A DNA stretch of 63,736 nt, the filler included, from Octopus bimaculoides (lineage: Eukaryota): the NCBI RefSeq assembly GCF_001194135.2. It is 5 parts of 5 records of this genome, joined end to end, with 100 filler letters (N's around TTAATTAATTAA, not from the genome) between each part and the next. Parts side by side here need not be neighbours in the genome. Positions count along the whole stretch, not along the records: positions 50,170 to 57,451 come from NC_069005.1; positions 57,552 to 63,736 come from NC_068985.1; 3 more parts are not named here. One strand, written 5' to 3'. A program made the translations under genes and the position numbers. Every line of letters begins with the position of its first letter. Within the stretch, counting starts at the first letter, position 1. Shown here in pieces: positions 56,847 through 63,736 of this stretch. The notes below the pieces were generated by a model. That model was not told where the DNA came from, did not search any database, and was given only the letters and a program-made list of their open reading frames with translations.

Positions 56847-57258
56847 TGCAAATACATATACATATATAAAACTCAGAATGCCTGTCTGTCTATCTGTCTC
56901 TGTGTAGGTGTGCATCACTAAAACTCGAGAACTACCCGACCGATTTCATTCAAATTTTACACATGCCCTACTTCTTGCCTAATGCAAGCCCAGAGCAATC
57001 TCTTACACTGTTTTGGTATTACATGTCAAAAGTGAAACAATAACATCTCTATTGTAATGTGAGATAATAGTTTCACTTTTCATACTTTCACCATTAATGG
57101 TGAAACTATTATCTCACATTACATATATACACATGTGTGTATGTGTATCGGTGTGCGTATATATATTTGTGTGTGTATATGTATATATATATATATGTAT
57201 ATATTATATGTACATATATATCTGTGTGTGTATATATATATATATATATATGTATATA

Positions 57259-57300
<42 letters not shown>

Positions 57301-57301
<1 letters not shown>

Positions 57302-57451
57302 ATCTCCAGACCTCTTTCTTTGCATCCTCATTTAATGCAAGCGTACCATCATCCATGCGAACACATTTCTCTCCTACAACATCACTATTCTCTCTCCTAC
57401 ACTGTCTTGCAACCCGAAATACCTCGAGTCTTTGGTCCTCACGGCGCAGAA
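57301..57451 (-). mobile_element. RTE LINE ORF fragment (region upstream of RT)
   Basis: Open LRREDQRLEVFRVARQCRRENSDVVGEKCVRMDDGTLALNEDAKKEVWR; cut by the scaffold linker. Confidence 0.7.
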
Positions 57452-57551
57452 NNNNNNNNNNNNNNNNNNNNNNNNNNNNNNNNNNNNNNNNNNNNTTAAT
57501 TAATTAANNNNNNNNNNNNNNNNNNNNNNNNNNNNNNNNNNNNNNNNNNNN
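57452..57551. other. Artificial scaffold-join linker
   Basis: 44N-TTAATTAATTAA-44N. Confidence 0.95.
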
Positions 57552-57817
57552 ATATATATACATACATATATACGACGGGCTTCTTTCAGTTTCCGTCTAC
57601 CAAATCCACTCACAAGGTTTTGGTCGGCCCGAGGCTATAGTAGAAGACACTTGCCCAAGGTGCCACGCAGTGGGAATGACCCCGGAACCATGTGGTTGGT
57701 AAGCAAGCTACTTACCACACAGCCACTCCTGCGCCTACATATATATATTAATTAAATATATATTATTAAATATACATACATATATATGCACACACACATA
57801 TACACGTATGTATATTG

Positions 57818-57876
<59 letters not shown>

Positions 57877-58345
57877 TGCATATATAACATGTTCTTGTAT
57901 ACACACACACACATACCATATGTGTTTGTTAGTACCAGCGCATATGTTAATCTTGCACGTCTCTTTAGACGTTTAAGTGCTAAAAGGTAAGAATTTCTTC
58001 AACACTTATTATTTGGCACCAAATGATGTAATTCGTAGAATAATATGAAGTAAGTGACATATATTTGATAGCAATGGTGATGATGACTTAGCAAAAGATA
58101 CATTATCGATTTTCAGTATTTCTACCATTCATTCCTCAGTCTTCATACTGTGGAAAGATATCTGTTTCAATTAAACTTACTGAACTCTCTCCTGCTGCTA
58201 TTTCACATAATCTACGTACGCATATATGCGACTCTAACTGTATGTGAGTATCTTGTTACTTGCTTTTGAAGGGTGGTTCTCTGAAGAAGCTTCTTAAGTT
58301 ATCTGATTGACCGCAGAGAGAGAAGGAGGGTGAGTGAGAGAGAGG

Positions 58346-58393
<48 letters not shown>

Positions 58394-59052
58394 GAGAGAG
58401 TGAGAGAGAGAGAGAGTGCGAGAAAGAGAGTGAGAGAGAGAGAGACAAAGTGTGTGTATGTGTGAGANNNNNNNNNNNNNNNNNNNNNNNNNNNNNNNNN
58501 NNNNNNNNNNNNNNNNNNNNNNNNNNNNNNNNNNNNNNNNNNNNNNNNNNNNNNNNNNNNNNNNNNNNNNNNNNNNNNNNNNNNNNNNNNNNNNNNNNNN
58601 NNNNNNNNNNNNNNNNNNNNNNNNNNNNNNNNNNNNNNNNNNNNNNNNNNNNNNNNNNNNNNNNNNNNNNNNNNNNNNNNNNNNNNNNNNNNNNNNNNNN
58701 NNNNNNNNNNNNNNNNNNNNNNNNNNNNNNNNNNNNNNNNNNNNNNNNNNNNNNNNNNNNNNNNNNNNNNNNNNNNNNNNNNNNNNNNNNNNNNNNNNNN
58801 NNNNNNNNNNNNNNNNNNNNNNNNNNNNNNNNNNNNNNNNNNNNNNNNNNNNNNNNNNNNNNNNNNNNNNNNNNNNNNNNNNNNNNNNNNNNNNNNNNNN
58901 NNNNNNATGTAATTTTGCGAACCGGAGTTGAGAAGGAGAGAGGCACCTGCTGAGGTACCCCTGGTGGTCGGGGTAACCAGGGGTTTATTGGTTGTCCCTG
59001 GGTGGAACTCCTCTTTTTTGGGAATTTTATTGTTGAATTTTTATTGTTAATT

Positions 59053-59440
59053 ATGGTTCTGGGTTCAGTCCCACTGCGTGGCACTTTGGGCAAGTGTCTT
59101 CTACTATAGCCTCAGGCCGACCAAAGCCTTGTGAGTGGATTTGGTAGACGGAAACTGAAAGAAGCCCGTCGTATATATGTATATATATATATTTATATAT
59201 ATGTATGTGTGTGTATATGTTTGTGTGTGTATATGTTTGTATGTGTGTGCTTGTCCCCCCACCATCGCTTGAGGACCGATGCTGGTGTGTTTGCGTCCCC
59301 GTAACTTGGCGGTTCGGCAAAAAGAGACCGATAGAATAAGTACTAGGCTTACAAAGAATAAGTCCTGGGGTCGAGTTGCTCGACTAAAGGCGGTACCCCA
59401 GCATGGCCGCAGTCAAATGACTGAAACAAGTAAAAGAGTA
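59053..59440 (+). mobile_element. SINE family B, nearly complete, with central microsatellite
   Basis: B-box-like GGGTTCAGTCCC, CORE-like CTTTGGGCAAGTG, central (TA)/(TG)n, tail TGACTGAAACAAGTAAAAGAGTAA. Confidence 0.9.
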
Positions 59441-59663
59441 AAACAGTAATTGCTCTTGTTTTAATTTTATACACAAAGTTTTGTGGTAAGCCCCATTTGT
59501 CCCTTGTGCTGTATTGTCCCTTTTTGTTTTTGTGTTCGGCCTACGTAGTCAATAAAGAAAACATTATTATTATTTGTTAAAAACTCACAGCTTATTTTGC
59601 TGGGTATGATGGAAAGTGTCAGCTGTCCACAGCCAGCAGACTAAGGTGACACTTGTTAACTGG

Positions 59664-60050
59664 TCATGCTTCAAGAAAACTGTGAAGAATCCTTGTAGTT
59701 CCAAGCAATGCTGATTTTCGTAGGTATTCTACCTTCGCACTTGCACCGATCTTTTTCAGCCATGTTGATAGCTGAGTGTTGATAATTCCAAGTGCACTAC
59801 TTACTATCGGTATCACGTCTACTATCTTCATTGACCACAACCTCCGTATTTCCCACTTTAAATTGTCATAGTTTATTTTTTCTTCTTCTTTCACATTGAT
59901 TCTGTTTTTCACCGGGGCATGCTATGTCGATTATCATACATGTTCTTTCTTTTTTATTCACCACATCAATGTCCGGTTTCCCATGTCTGGTCAGGTGATC
60001 GTACTGGATCATTACATCCCACAGGATTTTGCAAACTGCCTTCCCTTCCC
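59664..60050 (-). mobile_element. Dong/R4-like LINE C-terminal RLE domain
   Basis: KILWDVMIQYDH...KPDIDVVNKKERTCMIIDIACPG and WEIRRLWSMKIVDVIPIVSSALG...KSALLGTTRIL. Confidence 0.85.
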
Positions 60051-60109
60051 AGCAAAAAACAACAAAAGGCAGCGCGGCGATCTTCACGATGGACTTGGCT
60101 GATAACTGG

Positions 60110-60206
<97 letters not shown>

Positions 60207-60819
60207 GTTATTATTTGTTGTTGTTGTTTTTGTTGGTGGTGGTGTTTTCGCGTGAAGGACAGATCCAGATATCGGCCGGGTCCACCATGAAGATCATCAC
60301 ACCTTCATTTAACAAGGCTTGGCAGGTAATGTTCTTTTGTCAAGTGGTTATGGCGAATGAAGTTGTGCGGCGGCTGAAGATGAAATGATTTTTCTCGTCG
60401 ACTTTTCGTGAAGAGAGAGGGTGGAGAAGGATATCTTCTCCAGTCCAAAGATTGGTGACTCTGACGAAAATAGTTAAGATGAATGGAATTACTCTAACCA
60501 TGTATCTGTGCGTTGGAGCTCAACAACTGGACGAGGACTGAGGAGTCATTGTGGCCAGGGTGGTCATGGATATGTAGGGTTCATTGATTAGTCCTTTTTA
60601 AAGGTAGCCCTGTATCAGGAGGACTGATTCACTCGCCAGTTTCTAATAAAGGAAGCAAAATATCACAGTCAGCTCGGACTTGCCTCCCTTGGTATCTGGT
60701 AGTTACTAAGGCGTTCAAAATGCATTTACTAGTCCATACAGAGTGCTCTGAGCTGGCTATGGTGTTTTAATGCTTAGATATATGTATATACAGAACATAT
60801 ATACACACACTCATATTAT

Positions 60820-61256
60820 TGGCACTCCGTCGGTTACGACGACGAGGGTTCCAGTTGATCCGATCAACGAAACAGCCTGCTCGTGAAATTAACGTGCAAT
60901 TGGCTGAGCACTCCACAGACACGTGTACCCTTAACGTAGTTCTCGGGGAGATTCAGCGTGACACAGAGTGTGACAAGGCTGGCTCTNNNNNNNNNNGACA
61001 CGTGTACCCTTAACGTAGTTCTCGGGGAGATTCAGCGTGACACAGAGTGTGACAAGGCTGGCTCTTTGAAATACAGGTACAACAGAAACAGGAAGAAAGA
61101 GTGAGAGAAAGTTGTGGTGAAAGAGTACAGCAGGGTTCGCCACCATCTCCTGCCGGAACCTCGTGAAACTACACTCACAACGCCCGGTCTGGGAATCGAA
61201 ACCGCGATCCTACGACCGCGAGTCCGCTGCCGTAACCACTGGACCATTGCGCCTCC
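60820..61256 (-). mobile_element. SINE family C, with an apparent duplication across a small gap
   Basis: Near-identical to 38386-38770; about 70 nt is repeated on either side of the Ns near 60990. Confidence 0.9.
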
Positions 61257-62006
61257 ACACACACACGCATATACATGCTTGTAATGGTATGTGCGCGCGC
61301 GTTCGTGTGCTTCGTTTGTAGGAGGTACATCAATATTTTTCTCCATATTCATAATGTTTTCCTGAAGAGATTGGTCCGTTGTATGATGCATATAAGCACA
61401 TTTAAAGACAGTTGTGAAACCCTAAAACCAAGAAACCTTTTCAATCCTTTCAAAGAAATAGAAAAGAATGAAGAAAATAAAACAAAGAGAGCACAGAATA
61501 AAAAAAAAACATCCACAAATCAGAACAAATATCCATTAATTAATGAATACAAGCCATACATGTAATATAAACCTCTCTGTAAAGAAGACAATGTTTTAGT
61601 CTGTGTATAAAATATTAAACTGGTTATTGTCCGTAAAATAACGTTTTACTTTTCGATTTCATTCACTCGTTCCCTACATTTATTCAGTAACCATATTTTC
61701 TGTTGAATTGGTTAGTTTAACAGTTTTGTACAGTTTGTTATGGAGATGTGTTAGATTAACATCATCCAGCAAGTTTACTCGGCAGTTCGCAATTCATGAT
61801 GAGTAAAACAAAAACAAAAACAAAAAGAAAAACACGATAATTTCTCCACTTTGAGCAAAACAAATAGCTACAGTGGTTAATTAACGTTATCCTGCTCAGA
61901 CGCGATTAATAACAATGATTTCGACTTGGTAGTTAACAGATGTTTTAGTGTACTTTTAGTATGATGTATCGATTTCCAATATCAATCAAAATAATTTAGC
62001 CATTGA

Positions 62007-62267
62007 CTACGCATGAGTGTAATCAACTTCTTTAATGTTACTGAGACCGTCGATTTTAGTTAAAGCTGTTTGGTTAGATGTGTCCCTGGAAATCTCCAAA
62101 GCAACTTCGTCAGAGGTTGCACCGATAGCCTCAGTGGTGTGAAAATTTAATTGTGGCGGATCCATTGAGAAGAGTTTAAATTCAGGCAGGAAAGTTAACA
62201 AGTAAGCCACATTCAGTATGGCTAACAGCCACTCAGATATAGTTGCAACGAGATGTTCAGCAAATCC
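62007..62267 (-). CDS. Last coding exon of a Frag1/DRAM/Sfk1-family (DRAM/TMEM150-like) membrane protein
   Basis: tatctgtttcag|GFAEHLVATISEWLLAILNVAYLLTFLPEFKLFSMDPPQL...DYTHA*: phase 0, 87 codons including TAG. Matches the family's final TM motif H..S.I.EW......F.LTF..EF. Candidate AATAAA on the minus strand at 61679-61684. Confidence 0.8.
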   Translation of the reverse strand, partial: GFAEHLVATISEWLLAILNVAYLLTFLPEFKLFSMDPPQLNFHTTEAIGATSDEVALEISRDTSNQTALTKIDGLSNIKEVDYTHA

Positions 62268-63104
62268 CTGAAACAGATAAACGAGAAAGATTACAGGGAT
62301 TATGAAAAATAAATTTAAATGCACACACACACACACAATTTTTTTCTTCCAACTCAAGTATCATTCCTCATTGTTCGTTAAAATGATCGCAAAGTTACGA
62401 TAAACAATAAACTATGAAAAACTAGTGCTTCTCATAGAAGGCGGGCTTTTGAGATTGAAAAAAGGTCGAACGAATTGCCTCTGATAAAGCAGTGAAAAAG
62501 AATGTTAAGACGCATTGAATAATGCAGTTATAGTAGATACACTACCAGATAATAATTAATTCTGGTTTTATTGGCCACAAGGGCTAATATAAATTAAAAA
62601 CATGTAAGGACAAAGACAGGACGAAGGTTACAAAGGGTTTTGTCCGAAAAGAAAAGGTTCGTGTAAACAGTGAGGAAAACAGAAAAAGTACAACAAAATA
62701 AAACTCCCAATAGGGGGAGGCGCTTCGAAAGGTTACACGTGGAAAAACCCATAATGAGGTGATCATGGCTGAAATGCTTTTGATATTGAATGTTTTCAAA
62801 CAAGACTGACACGGTGTTAAACAACAAGGGCAGCAATGTCACAATTCATCTGTACATGTATTGTGATTCAACTAAGACAAAACCAACGCATGCAGGGAGG
62901 TGGGGGTGATTATCTGCTGATAGTAGTGGTGGTGATGGTAGTAGTGCTGGTGGTTGTGATGGCGATAGTGGTCGTCGTCGTAATGGTGGTGATGGTATTG
63001 GTTGTAGTGGTATCGATGGTGCTTGATTTAGATGACCAATTAAATGGTCATCTTCGAAACAGAATTTTCCTCTACCACATCTAATACAAGTGTAAATAAG
63101 TATT

Positions 63105-63305
63105 CTTTTATTCTTTTACTTGTTTCAGTAATAAGACTGCGGCCATGCTGGAGCACCACCTTTAGTCGAGCAAATCGACCCCAGGACTTATTCTTTGTAA
63201 GCCTAGTACTTATTCTATCGGTTTCTTATGCTGAACCGTTAAGTTACGGGGACATAAACACATCAACATCGGTTGTCAAGCGATGGTGTGGGACCAAAAA
63301 CAGAC
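63105..63305 (-). mobile_element. SINE family B, 3' half
   Basis: Reverse complement of the 3' half of 59053-59440. Confidence 0.85.
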
Positions 63306-63736
63306 ATACATAATACATACCTACATACATACATATATATATATATATATGTATGTATGTATATATATACGCCATATATATATTTAATTGATCTTTAATT
63401 ATAATTAAATAAACGTCTTTAGCTTTAAATAGTATAGCTTTAACTATTACACCGGTTAAATATGTACTAATTTTATCTTCATTATTATTATTAAACTTAA
63501 ACTTCGTTCAACTTGTATTTAAAACAATGATAATTTAAAACAAAGATAATTTATGTAAGATGTTTTTTGTATATAATATACATGTTATTATTGAATTACG
63601 GAAAAATTTGGATAAGTACTGTTTTCACTTTGCTAAAGATTTTCTACTATTTGAAAATAATATGTATTCTTGTTTTTATACTATTCATTTGGTTCTTTAT
63701 AGATTATTTTAATAGATAACTTATTTAACACTAAAT

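Noticed and set aside
60240-60760. GC-richer stretch that may be a LINE ORF1 remnant
   Set aside because: Stops in all frames and no diagnostic motif that I can name.
60910-61060. Tandem duplication within a SINE
   Set aside because: Identical copies flank a 10-N gap, typical of an unmerged contig overlap.

Overview
AT-rich, microsatellite-dense, gap-ridden animal genomic DNA. The SINE, LINE and mariner repertoire points to an octopus (coleoid cephalopod); this is inferred, not verified. Four identical 100-bp linkers (44 N + TTAATTAATTAA + 44 N) show that the window is five joined scaffolds. Two host-gene pieces are supportable, both on the minus strand: three consecutive, phase-compatible GMP synthase (GMPS) exons encoding part of the glutamine amidotransferase domain (50654-53323), and the last coding exon of a Frag1/DRAM/Sfk1 (DRAM/TMEM150-like) gene (62007-62267). 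The rest is mostly transposon fossils (mariner, Tc1, maT/DD37D-like, hAT, MITEs, RLE-type and RTE LINEs, three tRNA-derived SINE families) and simple repeats, and nearly all listed ORFs are microsatellite or N-gap artefacts. I found no convincing intact novel system. The best oddities are a Helitron RepHel fragment inside a Tc1 transposase, a foldback element with a central (TTAGGG)n, a perfect 35-bp hairpin, and degenerate hammerhead-like motifs beside microsatellites. All protein family calls come from motif recognition by eye, without database searches.
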